This document shows, piece by piece, positions 27,008 to 40,464 of a stretch of 64,000 nt of DNA (positions are counted from its first letter, which is position 1; every line of letters begins with the position of its first letter). The stretch spans positions 95,294,001 to 95,358,000 of the forward strand of contig OX597820.1 in NCBI GenBank assembly GCA_951406725.2. The letters run 5' to 3'. The stretch is from Octopus vulgaris. Its lineage: Eukaryota. The notes beneath the pieces were generated by a model that saw nothing but the letters and a program-made list of their open reading frames with translations, searched no databases and had not been told where the DNA came from. Made by a program: the position numbers and the translations under genes.

Positions 27008-27324
27008 TATTGTTATATTTCGGAATGGTCATTTTGCCAGTTTAGCCAATAAAAACACACGCACTATATATTTGGTGTTACTTTGCTTCAGTGTTATTTA
27101 TTTTTCAGTGGTCCTTTGTTTTCTTCTTTCTTATCTGTGTCTCTCCTTACCAACCGTCAGCCATTTTGTATTTTCAAATACAAAATGGCTGACGGTTAGT
27201 AGTAAGAAGAAAACAAAGGACCATTGAAAAATAAATAACACTGAAGCAAAGTAACACCAAATATATAGTGCGTGTGTTTTTATTGGCTAAACTGGCAAAA
27301 TGACCATTCCGAAATATAACAATA
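27008..27324. repeat. Long near-perfect inverted repeat
   Basis: Outer arms ~120 bp, plus an inner 22-bp stem with a 2-nt loop (27152-27197). Confidence 0.9.
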
Positions 27325-27327
27325 ATT

Positions 27328-27487
27328 ATATGTATATATGTGTATATATATATATGTATATGTGTGTGTGTATGTGTGTGTGTGTGTATATATGTGTATG
27401 TGTGTGTATATATGTGTATGTGTGTGTGTATATATGTGTATGTGTGTGTATATATGTGTGTGTATATATGTGTGTGTATATATATAT

Positions 27488-27531
<44 letters not shown>

Positions 27532-27900
27532 ATATATATATATGTGTATGTGTATATATATTTATATATATATATATATATATGTGTATGTGTATATATA
27601 TATATGTGTATATATATATATATATATGTGTATGTGTGTATATATATATATATATATGTGTATGTGTGTATATATATATATATATATATGTGTATGTGTA
27701 TATATATATATATATATGTGTATGTGTATATATATATATATATATGTGTATGTATATGTATATATATATATATATGTGTGTGTATATGTATATATGTGTA
27801 TATGTATGTATGTATGTGTGTGTATGTATATGTATGTATGTGTATGTATATGTATGTGTGTATGTATATGTATGTATGTATATGCATGTGTGTATGTATT

Positions 27901-27930
<30 letters not shown>
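27328..27930. repeat. Compound (TA)n/(TG)n/(TATG)n microsatellite
   Basis: Direct inspection. It is the source of the low-complexity Y/I/C/V/H/T ORFs. Confidence 0.95.
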
Positions 27931-27931
<1 letters not shown>

Positions 27932-28236
27932 ATACAAAATGGGGCAAGAACGGAAAACATTCAAATAGACGATGCAAAAAGCACGGACGGGTCATTCGTA
28001 GCCTCTAATCTTTAGTCAAGAACCGGATCATCCTCGCAATTTCGGCTGATTAATCTTGAGATTGCTCCGATTTGGCCAGCCTCAAGGAAAAACTAAGCTA
28101 CGAACATTAGATTTCTTGGAAAAAGGATCGAACGTATACGAAACAAGGACAGAAAAACGGACGATGTTACACGATGTATATATGTATATGTGTATGTATA
28201 TATATGTATGTGTATATGTATATATGTTTATATGTA

Positions 28237-31200
28237 TGGCACAAAAGATTGTACAGCAGCTAACCTGGCTGCATCAAACTCAAACTCACAGATGGGACTA
28301 TCCACAATACACAAGACCACCACAGCAATTAGACCCAAGGTGGACACCACTGGCAACAACACACACATCACCTCGATGCTCCTACTGAACATCAGAGGAC
28401 TGCTAATACTCAGTAACAGGACAAAAATCCCTTTCTTGAGAGTCCTTGTTGCATGCAATCAAGCCTTATGCATAGCACTTACGGAAACACCTGAAGCCGG
28501 ATATAGCAGATGCAGAAATACACATACCACAGTATGTTGTATCACGGAGCGACAGAAAAGAAAAGAGTCATGGTGGAGTTGGTATGTACATCCGCGAGGA
28601 CCTCACACCCCAGGTCCTTTTGTCATACTCAAATTTGGTGTGTGACACACTAATTGTACATATAAAGCAACTCGGTGTAGTTATATGTGCTACATATCGT
28701 CCTCCAGATGCTCCAAGTCAATTTAGGCAAGTTTGAAGACTGCCTTACAAAAATAGAAGTTCTAGTCACATTAGAACAACACATAAGTGTATTTCTTATG
28801 GGAGACTTCAATCTCCCCAATGTCAGATGGCCAGAGGGCCTTTCTCTCCCAGGAATGACACGATGCGAACGAGGACAGGCGAGGTCCCTCCTGAACCTCA
28901 TCAAAACTCTGTACATGGAGCAAATAATACTCCAACCAACCAGGGCAGGTAACATACTGGATCTCTGCTTCACAAATAATATGGATCTCATCCATAATGT
29001 GAAAGTGACACCGACACTACTCTCGGATCACAACATGGTAGAGTTGACCATGTACGGGCCAAAGGAAAGCATGGACATGCAGCCTACAAGAAACTCTCAA
29101 TCTTTCCAGCTTGAACTTCCATAAGGCAAACTGGAAACATTGAGAAAGAGATCCCCAAACAAAACTAGCCTGAATGTCTCTCCTCGCCAGACATCGACAT
29201 GAAACTTCAACAATTCATGTCTGTAATGCAAACCATATGCTACAAATGTGTTCCAGAGAGAAAGGCCACTGTACACAAGAACAAAATCCCCAGAGAGGGG
29301 AAAATTCTAATGAGACGGCGTACTAAAGTTTCAAATCGTCTAAACAAACAAATTGTAAGCAGTGAAAAGTCCCGCCTGAAAATAAAACTGCTGGAAATTG
29401 AAAAATGTCTGCAACTCTCCCATGAAAAAGAAAGAGCAGACAAAGAAGCCTGGGCTATAGACAACATAAAATCTAACCCCATAGCTTTCTACAAGTTTGC
29501 CAAAGAAACAGCTACAGTGCACTAGGATAGGGCCACACCTTGAAAAAGATGGTACACTCACATGAAATCTAATGAGGATAAGTGAAATACTAAATGAGCA
29601 ATTCAAAAGTATTTTCACTCCACCCCTCGGGCATTTTCAAGTCAGCAATCCAACTGACTTCTTTACCACTGCAGATATAAAATCAGAGGCAACGATGATT
29701 GATTACATCAATATAAAGGAAGACTATGTAATAAGGGCTATAGATGAAATGAGCCCAAACTCAGCTACTGGCCCTGATGGATTCCCAGCAATCCTTCTAA
29801 AAGTATGTAAGAGAGTCCTAGCAAGACCACTGCAGTTCCTCTTTCAGAGCTTCCTTGCAACTGGCAAGAAAACTGAAGGAGGGTAAAATATGCATTATTC
29901 ATAAAGGAGGTAGCAGACTGGAGGCCAAGAACTACAGACCTATCTCTCTGACCTTACACATCAGCAAGGTCATGGAACGAATAGTCAGAAGGAAACTAAT
30001 TGCCTTCCTTGAAGAAAATAACTTGCTGCCTGACACCCAACATGGTTTCCGACCAGAAAGAAGCTGCTTAACTCAGCTCCTACAACACTATGACTGGGTG
30101 CTGAAGCAACTGCTCAACCACTCAAATGTGGAAGTGATATATCTCGACTTTGCAAAGGCCTTTCATAAAGTGGATCATGGAATGATATGTCACAAACTGC
30201 GTGATCTTGGCATAGTTAGAAAATTGGGAGAATGGCTTCATGACTTTCTGAAGGATAGAAGTCAGGTGGTAGTAGCCAATGGGGCCACCTCCAATAACAC
30301 GCAAATAGTGAGCGGTGTTCCGCAAGGCACTGATTTGGGACCACTGCTGTTCATAACGGCCCCCTCAGCCACGATCACAAGTTATGCAGATGATACAATA
30401 GTTTCACAGATAATACAGAACCCTGAAGACACTATGCACCTGCAACGTGAGCTGGACAAAATATACAAGTGGGCTGAAAAGAATAGCATGCAGTTCAATG
30501 CTGAAAAGTTTCAAGATTTATGCTATCAGCATGCAAAACTAAATGCAATACCCAATAAATACACTGGACCTGGAGGGATTGCAATCCCAGAGGCACAATC
30601 AGTGCAAGACCTGGGTATTTACATGCGTAATGATGCAAAATTTCATGTACATGTTGCTAAAATGGCAATGAAATGTAGGCGGCTGACCGGATGGATTCTT
30701 AGAGCTTTTAGAACAAGAGACCAGGAAACCATGATGGTTCTCTGGAGAACACTTGTCCTAAGCCACTTTGACTATTGCTCTCAGCTATGGTTACCAACCA
30801 GTGTCAAATTAATCACAGAACTTGAGGCGATCCAATGAAGCTACACGAAGATAGCCTCTGTGCAGCATATAAGCTATTGGGAAAGACTCAAGAGATTAAG
30901 ACTCTATTCCTTAGAGCGAAGTCGAGAAAGATATGCCATAATATACATCTGGAAGATCCTGGAAGGACTTGTCCTAAACTTTGGCATCGAGAGTTACACA
31001 AATACTAGAACTGGGGGCCACTGCATAGTGCCAAGGACTCCAAATTTGCCATCAAGATGTAGGACAAGATACTGTGATAGCCTGGGACAGGTCTTCAATA
31101 TCCTCCCGAAGGACCTGAGAGACCTGCATGGGGTGGATGCAGACGTCTTTAAAATAAAACTGGACCTCTTCCTGTCAGGTGTCCCGGATGAACAAACTTC

Positions 31201-31370
31201 ACGGCAGGAGGTGCAGATGAGGGCAGCTACATCGAACTCTCTCATGCACCAAATGGCAGTTGCTAAAAAGCATTCGTGAAGTAAATTCATGTAGTAACAA
31301 CAAATGGCGGTGCCCCAGCATGGCCACAGCTCGTGAGCTGAAACTAGATAAAATAAAAAAATAAAATAAA
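28237..31370 (+). mobile_element. Decayed CR1/L2-group LINE ORF2 (APE plus RT) with 3' stem-loop tail
   Basis: APE motifs LLNIRGL, IALTET, MGDFNLP, PTRAGNILDL, SDH. RT motifs NYRPISLT, QHGFR, YLDFAKAF, GVPQG, YADD. C-terminal SYWERLKRLRLYSLE. Multiple frameshifts and stops. Confidence 0.92.
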
Positions 31371-31728
31371 ATATATATGTATATATGTGTGTGTATATAT
31401 GTGTGCATATATGTATGTATATGTATATATATGTGTGTATATATGTGTGCATATGTATATATGTATGTATATATACGTATATATATACATATATTGGCCT
31501 GCTCGCTTAGCCAGCGGGGTGGCATCATTTAAAGGCTAAAACAATGCGAATCGCATTGTGACCAGCGATGTGTAGCAACATCTGATAGCCTGGTCGGTCA
31601 CGCTGACATACATATATATATATGTATGTATATACATATGTATATATATATATGTTTGTATATATGTATATATATATATGTATATACATATATATATACA
31701 TATGTATATATGTTTGTAAATATGTATG

Positions 31729-31768
<40 letters not shown>

Positions 31769-32216
31769 TATGTATGTGTGTGAAAATCAAAATCAAAATC
31801 GTAATCTGATACCAGTGCCGGTGGCACGAAAGAAAACCATCCGAACGTGGCCGTAGCCAACACCGTCCGACTGGCCTCCGTGGCACGTAAAAAGCACCAT
31901 CCGATCGTGGCTGTTGCCAGCTTCGTCTGTTCTCCGTGCCGGTGGCACGTAAAAAGCACCATCCGATCGTGGCCGTTTTCCAGTCTCGTCTGGCACCTGT
32001 GCCGGTGGCACGTAAAAAGCACCCACTACACTCACGGAGTGGTTGGCGTTAGGAAGGGCATCAAGCTGTAGAAACACTGCCAGATCAGACTGGGCCTGGT
32101 GCAGCCTTCTGGCTTCCCAGACTCCAGTTGAACCCTCCAACCCATGCCAGCATGGAAAGCGGACGTTAAATGATGATGATGATGATATATATGTATGTAT
32201 ATATATATATGTATGT

Positions 32217-32250
<34 letters not shown>

Positions 32251-32367
32251 GTATGTGTGTATATATATATATGTATGTATGTGTGTATATATATATGTAT
32301 GTGTGGGTATATATATATGTATGTGTGTGTATATATATATGTATGTATGTGTGTGTATATATATATA

Positions 32368-32416
<49 letters not shown>

Positions 32417-33358
32417 CGTAGTACCACCATGTTGTTATTGATGAAATTAACCTCTCTGTCTATATACCTACCGTCTTTGTAATTTTGACAAATGAAATAA
32501 GTATAAAAATGTGCATTCTCCGTTCAATTAAAAAATTCTATATGTGGCTGAAGATTGCTCGACATTTTAAAAACTGATGTAATACTTACAGTGTTTAATA
32601 TAATGAATTAGCATGAAACGATTGTACTACACTACCTTGGATATCCTTGTTGCTTATTTTGATTATATATATATATATATATATATATACATACATACAT
32701 ACATACGCAAACGTTAGATGAGTTTCCACACAATTTCTATCCACCAAATTGTCTCACAAGACGTTGGTCGGCTTGGGGCTATTGTACAAGACACTTGCCC
32801 AAGATGTGCTGTAAGATTGAATCAAAAATCACATGATTTTGAGGCGAACGTCTTAACCACACAGACATTGTATTACAAAATTAGGATCATTCTTGATTGT
32901 CGGTCATGGAAACTTTTGTTGGGTAAGACTTTTTTCTATAGATTTGTTTCTGAATAGCATTCACGAAAGATTTTGTTAGGGAATGCCAGTCATGAAAGGG
33001 AAGAAATACTTTGGTTTCTGGCCATCTGAATTTGATTAATATTCCAGTATCATTTCCCATTCGAGAAGTATAGATAAGTTTTATCTCTTCTTTATAGTAA
33101 ATAACTTAGTTAAGATGAATGCCAGTCGTCAAGCATCTATTATTTTCTCTGAAATTTAATAAGCTGTAAAGCAGTATTTTTGAATCATTTTGTTTTTGTC
33201 TTACACTCCACTTCGATTTTCACTCCTAAAGTACGTGTTCCCCATTATGAAAAGAAAATGTTCGTATATAGCACACTTATATGCATATGATACATTTATG
33301 TATATTTAGCACATATATAAATAGCGTGTGTATGTGTGTGTGTATATATATATGCTGA

Positions 33359-33570
33359 GACCCCCTTCGTCATGACTGACCATGGGACTGCACCTAGAAA
33401 GTTACCCTTCCAGGCACAAGTCCGGCAAGGTTGTTTCTGGAAGACCAGCAGTCACCCATGCATACCGGCCTCCCCTCTTCACGCAACCAGTATTATGCAA
33501 GGGAAAGGCAAAGGGGCCGATACAGCTTGGCACCTGTGACGTCGCAACTCATTTCTACAGCTGTGTGAAC
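33359..33570 (-). mobile_element. Fragment of a SINE/RTE-related repeat (second copy 52131-52310)
   Basis: Shared GACCCCCTTCG..TGACCATGGGA..CCTAGAAAGTTACCC...GGAAAGGCAAAGG. Confidence 0.6.
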
Positions 33571-33976
33571 TCTACTGACAGACAGCAACTTCTACAGTAC
33601 CAACTACGAACTACTTTATAAAATGTAGCTGGATGTGTAGTAAATCCACTCTCTTGCTGCTTGTCAAAACGAGCGGGAAGTTCTCTCCACACCAGATGAT
33701 TGATGAGGAAACGCTTGATCCCCAAGGAACTGTGCTGGTCAAGAAAAGGTTCCTATTTCTTCCTCTTTTGTGTCAGCCAGACCAAGGAGCAGCAACGTCT
33801 TTTGCGTCAGCCATGACCAAGAGCAGCACTTTCCCTTCGCCCTTCGCTCAACATACGAAGAGAAGCTTTCGCCCGCAAGAAAGGCGATTGCCACCTTTAT
33901 TCTTTCTTCCTTTCTAGTTAGCACTGTGCATTATTTACTCTTTCACTCTCTACTGACAGGAAGCCACTTCCACGTT

Positions 33977-34021
<45 letters not shown>

Positions 34022-34419
34022 ATATGTTTGTGTGTCTGTGTTTGTTCCCCCAACAAAGCTTGACAACCGATGCTGTTGTGTTTACGTCCTCGTAACTTAG
34101 CGGTTCGGCAAAAGAGACTGATCGAATAAGTACTAGGTTTACAAAGAATACATCCTGGGGTCGGTTTGCGCGACTAAAGGCGGTGCTCCAGCATGGCCAC
34201 AGTCAAATGACTGAAACAAGTAAAAGAGTAAAAAAGTATATAGTAAATTTACAATAATCTAGGACAGTTATAACTGCCTTCTCTACGAAAAAGTCTCGAA
34301 ACTTCTGAATGCACCTCGAGCACACACACACACACACACACATACACACACACACATATATACATATATATACACAGCAGTTATATATAACAAACTTTAC
34401 AAGTAATATTATATATATA

Positions 34420-34680
34420 TAACGGGAAGCTTTATGAAAATAAACAAAAGACGAAGGCAGGTGGAATACAAACAAACAATTGTATTAGTATGGCGCGCAG
34501 GAATATAAATAAAACAAGTCTTTTACGTTTCGAGCCTACGATCTTCAACAGAAAGATACACAGAAAAGAAACACGGAGAGAAAAAAAAAATGCGTGCAGA
34601 AGCTAGGGAATCAACATGGCGATCTGATACCGGCCAGAAGTCAAAGATCAAACGTGAGACGCAAGAGCGAAAATAGGGGA
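34420..34680 (-). mobile_element. Short microsatellite-embedded repeat carrying an HHR-like motif (copies 39916-40128 on -, 45027-45216 on +)
   Basis: Three homologous copies containing TCTTT-CTGTWGA-A-GAGC-GTAG-GCTC-GAAAC-GTA-AAAGA. Confidence 0.75.
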
Positions 34681-34699
34681 GATAACAATATATATATAT

Positions 34700-34998
34700 A
34701 GTGATGGCTTGTTGCTAATTCAATGTGGCAATCCCAGGAAAAGGAAGAGTGTTACTGTTATTTAGCCCCAAGTAACACCCTTACGTGCTGGCTACGCGAC
34801 ACAAGCGTTCTGTGTCCTTAAGTTTTGAAACAGGGGAGATAGGTACCTCCACCCAACAAAGCCAGCATCCAGAGACTTAAGGGCACAGAGCGCTTGTGTT
34901 GCGTAATCAACACGAAACGGTGTTTCTTGGGGCTAAAGAACAGTAACATTCTTCCCTTTCCTGGGACTGCCACATTAAATTGGCAACAAGCCATCACT
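34700..34998. repeat. Fold-back element with ~124-bp imperfect arms
   Basis: 34700-34823 is the reverse complement of 34875-34998. Confidence 0.85.
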
Positions 34999-35158
34999 TT
35001 ATCGTACTGTTACTGCATAACTCTCTCTCTGAGAGATTTAGAAATGTGATATATATATACACCAGCATCGGTTGTCAAGCGATGTTGGGGGAACAAACAA
35101 ACAGACAGACAGAGAGACAGACAGACAGACAGACACTACATGTAATATTACATATAGA

Positions 35159-35381
35159 GGCGTAGGAATGGCTGTGTGGTAAGTAGCTTGTTTACCAACC
35201 ACATGGTTCCGGGTTCAGTCCCACTGCGTGGCACATTGGGCAAGTGTCTTCTACTATAGCCTCGGGCCGACTAAAGCCTTTTGAGTGGATTTGGTAGACG
35301 GAAACTGAAAGAAGCCCATCGTATATATGTATATAGATGTATATATATATAGATGTATATATATATGTATATATATGTATG

Positions 35382-35416
<35 letters not shown>

Positions 35417-35440
35417 GTATATATATATATGTATATATAT

Positions 35441-35480
<40 letters not shown>

Positions 35481-35707
35481 GTGTGTGTGTGTGTGTATGT
35501 TTGTGTGTCTGTGTTTGTCCTCCAACATCGCTTGACAACCGATGCTGGTGTGTTTACGTTCTCGTAACTTAGTGGTTCGGCAAAAGAGAGACCGATAGAA
35601 TAAGTACTAGGCTTACAAAGAATACATCCTGGGGTCGATTTTCTCGACTTAAAGGCGGTGCTCCAGCATGGCCACAGTCAAATGACTGAAACAAGTAAAA
35701 GAATAAA
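35159..35707 (+). mobile_element. tRNA-headed SINE with an internal microsatellite and a LINE-like stem-loop tail
   Basis: Head TGGCTGTGTGG...GGTTCAGTCCC and tail GGCGGTGCTCCAGCATGGCCACAGTCAAATGACTGAAAC. Copies at 40882-41267 (-) and 51282-51690 (+); decayed copies at 18099-18537 and 36295-36860. Confidence 0.88.
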
Positions 35708-37927
35708 GGAATATATAATATACACATACACATACAAACACAAAAGTTTCAATCTAAACGTTATTGCATGTTTTACTCACATCTCACTTGCGTTCCAAAC
35801 TGAAATCCCCCCCACACCCCCGCAAAATATTACCATGCCCCACCTTGAGGAACCCTGCTCCAAAGCTGTATAACCTGTAACATTTCTGTTCAGTGTTCTT
35901 ATATACAAGGATAGAAAAACGAAAACAATATAACTTTGAATGACAACAAATAAATTAAGTTAGACTGAATCACTATGCGAAGATAATATAATTTTAGGTT
36001 TTTGAATATTCTTTCGTGTTCAGCGGCCGAGACTTATTGACTATATTTTAAAATCTCTCAGCTCGTTGGTTTATTGAATTTGTCACGATCTGACGAGGGA
36101 AAAATATCTATAGTATCAAGATAAAATCTCTTCAAAATAAGAAAAAAAAAAAAAAGTAAAACTCAAAATAGGCTTTATTTAGATATTATGGAAGTTAATT
36201 CTTTGCTTTTATACCGCGATTGACAGCACATTTATTTTCATTTCTAATGAAGTGAAATAAAGTTTTTCTGGCATGCATTTGCAATTTCTTGGTTATCTGT
36301 TTACTTGTATCAGTCATTGGAATGCGGCGATAATGAGGCACCGCCCTAAAGCAAATCGACTCCAGCGCATCTTCTCTGTTTTTTTTTTGTTTTTTTTTTC
36401 AAAATCCTGGTACTTATTCTATCGTTTTCTTTTGCTGAACCGCTAAGTTGCAGGGACGTAAACTAATCAACACAAGTTGTCAAACGGTGGCGAGAGACAA
36501 ACACAAGCTATCTCTGTCTGTCTCTTTCTCTGTCTGTTTCTCTCTCTGTCTGTCTCGCTCTGTCTCTCTCTCTGTCTCTCTCTCTCTCTGTCTCTCTCTC
36601 TCTCTGTCTCTCTCTGTCCCTCTCTCTCTGTCTCTCTCTCACACACACACACATACACAAGTACAAATACATGCACACACATTCATATACACAAACATAT
36701 ACGAAGGGCTTCTTTCAGTTTCTATTTACCAAATCCACTCGCAAGGCTTTGGTCGACCCGAGGCTATATAGTAGATGGCACTTGCCAAGGTGACACGCGG
36801 TGGGACTGAACCTGCAACCGCGTGGTTGAGAAGCAAATTCCTTATCACACAGCAGCGACTGCACTTTTTTTGAGAAAATAATTAATATTTCCTTGTAAAT
36901 AGTATTTTGAAACTAGCAGTATTATCAACATTGCAATCCTAATCTTTCACTCCGACGGAGGAGGACGGGGAAAGCCTCTACATGATCGCTCTACCTGCTA
37001 GAAGGAACGACCAAATTTTCCTCAAATTACGCTCTCCTGTCTTAAAAATGGATGGACAGCATTTTGGATAACACAGTTTTAGTGGATATTATTGTTGACG
37101 AAGAAGCCACAATGAAAAACTGAGAAAATAAATATTTCAATAATTTTGTAGTAAAGCTAAAGGTCAGTATAGATGATTTATAGTAGTAATATTTTTTATT
37201 TTATATTGTGAAATAAAGGCTAGTTGAATGGCGGAGAGAATTGAGGGATGTCAAATAAACATAGGCCAGATAGCACAAAACCTTCGGTTGCAAATAAAAA
37301 TATCTCTAAAGAGAACCAATATCCGAGGTTTTTATAGGTTTACAAAATGATTCCAGAAAATTTAGGTGCGAAAACTGAGTTTCCTGTTTAGCCCGTCAAA
37401 CCGACGCCAAACACGATTGGCTGCAAAACATGTGACTAAGCGTACCGATAATGTTCAAAAGTTGAAAGGTTTTGTAGCAAGCTTTACTTAATATTACCAA
37501 GTATGAAAATATTTGTTTCGAATTATGGCACAAGGCCAGCAGTTTCTGGGAAGGGGCTAAGTCGATTACATCGACTCCAGTGAATCTACTGGTACTTATT
37601 TTATCTACTCCAAAAGGATGAAAAGCAAAGTTGACTTCGGCGGAATTTGAACTCAGAACGAAAGACGGGTGAAATGCCGCTAAAACATTTCGCCCGGTGT
37701 CTCATAATCAGTTAAGTTCTGGAATGTTTGTCCATTAGATATTTGTCCACATGGAGTTGAGTTCAGACAGAAACACGACAATACATCTTACTCTCCTGGT
37801 GGCTAAAAAACTTATCCGCGTCTGGTGACAAGCAGTAATGTGTATCTATGCGCTAGGCAAAGTGGTTGGCTACATTAACCAAATCACGCATAGATGGATA
37901 ACTGTTCCGCCAAAGGGAAATATTGCT

Positions 37928-37973
<46 letters not shown>

Positions 37974-39132
37974 CAAAAATCGAAAACGGGCATAATAGGC
38001 GAAAAGAAACCGAATACGATTTAATTCAGTGGGCATGCTGAGGGAACAGAGGAGTTGCTTTAGTGGGAATGGAACTCCCTTTAGGCGTTTTAAAAAATAG
38101 CACAAGAGAGAGGGAGAGAGAGAGATCCACAAAAAGCTTTTTCATAAATTCATATACTAATGTGTAAGTTTGTACATCTTTCATTGTTATAACTGTATTT
38201 ATGTGATGGTGTTGATGGTGATAATGTGTGCACGCGTGTGTGCGTGCGTATGTGTGTGTATGTATGTGTGTGTGTTTGCTGCAAGTACGCTTTTTCGTTT
38301 TGTCATTCAGAAATGGCCAAACAATTTATTCTATCGTGTATAGTAATGAACACAATTGTTCCGTTTTGAGGCTTTTAATTGAGACAATTTTCTTGAGATA
38401 TTTTTCATGCTCAAGATCATGAAACAATTTATTGTGATACTGCAGAGCTTAGATTTTAGAAAGCAAAATAAAAGACAAAAAATCTCTACCCCACCCCCCA
38501 AAATTAACAAACAAACAATAAGAAGCATGCATACAGATAAACGGGATTCGAATTGATTAATAAACCAGTGTGCACACAATCTAAATAAAAAAATAAAAAA
38601 ATAAAAAATAAATAAATAAATAAATAAAATAAATATATTAAGTAAATAAATAAAATAAATAAATAAGATAAATAAATAAAATAAATAAAGTAAATAAAAA
38701 AGGTAAGAGGGAGTTTAAAACACTTATTTCAGTGGCGTAGCTTATAGGAGAGCAGAGGGAGCGATTGTGCTTTCCCTAACACAATTTTTAAAATTGGCGC
38801 CCTTTCAATAAGTTTTTAAAACTCTATAAGTTCACGTGTGCCATAAAAGTCGAATCTCCTTTTTGTTTTGTTAAACTCATGGGCTTGGAAGAACTTTCTG
38901 TAGACATTACTTTAACTGTCTGCTCAATCTCCTGTGATGTATTTGTGGTCGCTGGCATCTGAAGAACCAAAACAAACCCTTTCGGCACTGGACGATCCCC
39001 TGGAGTTTCATCTTTTCCACACCGCACCTACATCAGTAGTTGTAAGATTCATACATAATGACATTGTTACTGAAACATAAAATTAATGAATGTAGATAGA
39101 ATACAATTACGTATATTATAACGAATGAAATA

Positions 39133-39543
39133 GGATCTTTTCGGTTTGAACGGCAGTTTTTTCTAGCGGTGTCACCCATAATTATGACCCTAGTATCGAT
39201 CTATTGCATTTCAATCTATTTTAGGGTTAGTTAGTTAGGGTTAGGGGAGGGGGGAAGGGTATCTTTCTTTCTTCACAAATGTAAATAAACCCAATCTGTT
39301 TCTTAAACGAGGGACATATTCATACGGCACAGAATGTTGTTTACCTCAATGGACGTCAGTGATTGGTTGAAATTGCAGAAACTGAAGAAAAAACAACAAA
39401 TATCTTACAAACTATAGAATTTTCTCAATAAAGCCAAGAGAAAAAGATGTTTTATAAACACATTCTACCAGTATGCGAAGTTTAAAATTTTTTTAGTTAC
39501 CTAGAAATTATGTTAAAAACTGCCGTTCAAACCGAAAAGATCC
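39133..39543. mobile_element. Merlin-like MITE with an 8-bp TSD
   Basis: 29-bp TIR GGATCTTTTCGGTTTGAACGGCAGTTTTT. TSD ATGAAATA at 39125-32 and 39544-51. Confidence 0.82.
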
Positions 39544-39799
39544 ATGAAATATTTTGCGTAATATGAAAGAAATGAGTTAAAAATTGCTTGATATATGTTT
39601 TTATGCCCTCACTCTCACCGAGTTTAGAACCTTGCCACGTCTCTGTGCTGAAGGCATTATATTCTGATTCGTCTCTTCGGGATCGATGCTGTCAGTAAGT
39701 GGTCCTATTCTTGCAATATGTATTAAATCAACAATGACATCAGCTCATAAATTTCTGTCAGTGAAGTAAAGGAAAAAAGTTAATATGTATTGTAAACCG

Positions 39800-39887
39800 T
39801 ATGTATGTATGTATGTATGTATGTATGTATGTATGTATGTATGTATGTATGTATGTATGTATGTATGTATGTATGTATGTATGTATG

Positions 39888-39918
<31 letters not shown>

Positions 39919-40360
39919 CGGGAAGCTTTATGAAAATAAACAAAAGACGAAGGCAGGTGGAATACAAACAAACAATTGTATTAATATGGCGCTCAGGAAT
40001 ATAAATAAAACAAGTCTTTTACGTTTCGAGCCTACGCTCTTCAACAGAAAGATACACAGAAAAGAAACACAGAAACAAGGAGAGAAAAAAAAATGCGTGC
40101 AGAGGCTAGCGAATCAACATGGCGATCTATCTATGTATGTATGTATGTATGTATGTATGTATGTATGTATGTATGTATGTATGTATGTATGTATGTATGT
40201 ATGTATGTATGTATGTATGTATGTATGTATGTATGTATGTATGTATGTGTGTATGCATGCATGTATGCATGCATGTATGTATGTATGTATGTATGTATGT
40301 ATGTATGTATGTATGTATGTATGTATGTATGCATGCATGCATGTATGTATGCATGCATGT
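39800..40360. repeat. (TATG)n arrays split by a short repeat insertion
   Basis: Direct inspection. Confidence 0.9.
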
Positions 40361-40464
40361 CTTCGTGTGAGGTCCTGCTCCGCTTAGTCTATTCTATTCT
40401 TCTATGACATGATAGAAGAACAGAATGAGTTAAGTGGAGCAGTACCTCACACGAGGACGGAAAA

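Noticed and set aside
27174-28008. Long ORFs of 130-270 aa in several frames (also near 14400, 32100, 39800, 41700, 59000 and 60000)
   Set aside because: They are translations of (TA/TG/TATG)n microsatellites that lack stop codons, not genes.
27985-28020. Hammerhead on the minus strand (CTAAAGA...GAATGAC)
   Set aside because: The core is altered at several positions and stems I and III cannot be formed convincingly.
38730-39645. Intact hAT element or 67-aa gene
   Set aside because: The TIR match is weak, there is no TSD and no recognisable protein motif. It is left as a possible remnant only.
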